From contig NW_026515684.1 of assembly GCF_025526975.1 (NCBI RefSeq), forward strand, positions 248,001 through 312,000: a stretch of 64,000 nt of DNA, read 5' to 3'. The notes under the pieces are model-generated. The model saw nothing but the letters and a program-made list of their open reading frames with translations, was not told the origin of the DNA and made no database searches. The DNA comes from Fimicolochytrium jonesii. Its lineage: Eukaryota. This document shows, piece by piece, positions 63,917 through 64,000 of the stretch; within the stretch, counting starts at the first letter, position 1; each line of letters opens with the position of its first letter. A program made the position numbers and the translations under genes.

Positions 63917-64000
63917 TTCTTGGGTGCGGCGCTCGCCTCCTCCTCCCCGGCCCCCTCCTCCGCGTCGCCCTCCTCCTCCCCCTCCTCCTCCTCCCCCTCC

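Overview
Eukaryotic, intron-rich (GT-AG, ~55-100 nt introns), gene-dense genomic DNA from a flagellated (zoosporic) fungus, most likely a chytrid. This is inferred from velvet, RIB4 and ATP4 occurring together with the axonemal genes CFAP58 and DAW1 and with PINCH. Positions 1-56 kb hold about 20 host genes: a DD3-3-domain/NADPH-oxidase fusion, SSU72 (absent from the ORF track), MSH5, a TopBP1/Dpb11-like BRCT protein, mitochondrial S12, a NOPCHAP1-like protein, OTU1, ATP4, RIB4, SNRNP27, histone H1, a TBC RabGAP, TAD2, PINCH, a DUF1264/OBAP protein, CFAP58, a velvet factor, DAW1 and several hypotheticals. Positions 56.2-64 kb are a mobile-DNA island. It contains a 7-exon Fanzor1 (TnpB-derived RNA-guided nuclease) pseudogene with all three RuvC acidic residues, a candidate omega-RNA hairpin at its 3' end, a 38-bp palindromic tandem array, spaced telomere-like TTAGGG motifs, and a co-oriented Ulp1/C48 protease gene split by a 538-bp solo LTR. 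The two most notable items are (1) the secreted DD3-3 ectodomain spliced in frame to a complete-motif NOX, a DUOX-like receptor-oxidase architecture I do not know to be described, and (2) the Fanzor/Ulp1 element. All family calls rest on manual translation and motif recognition, with no database searches; start codons of several genes are approximate.
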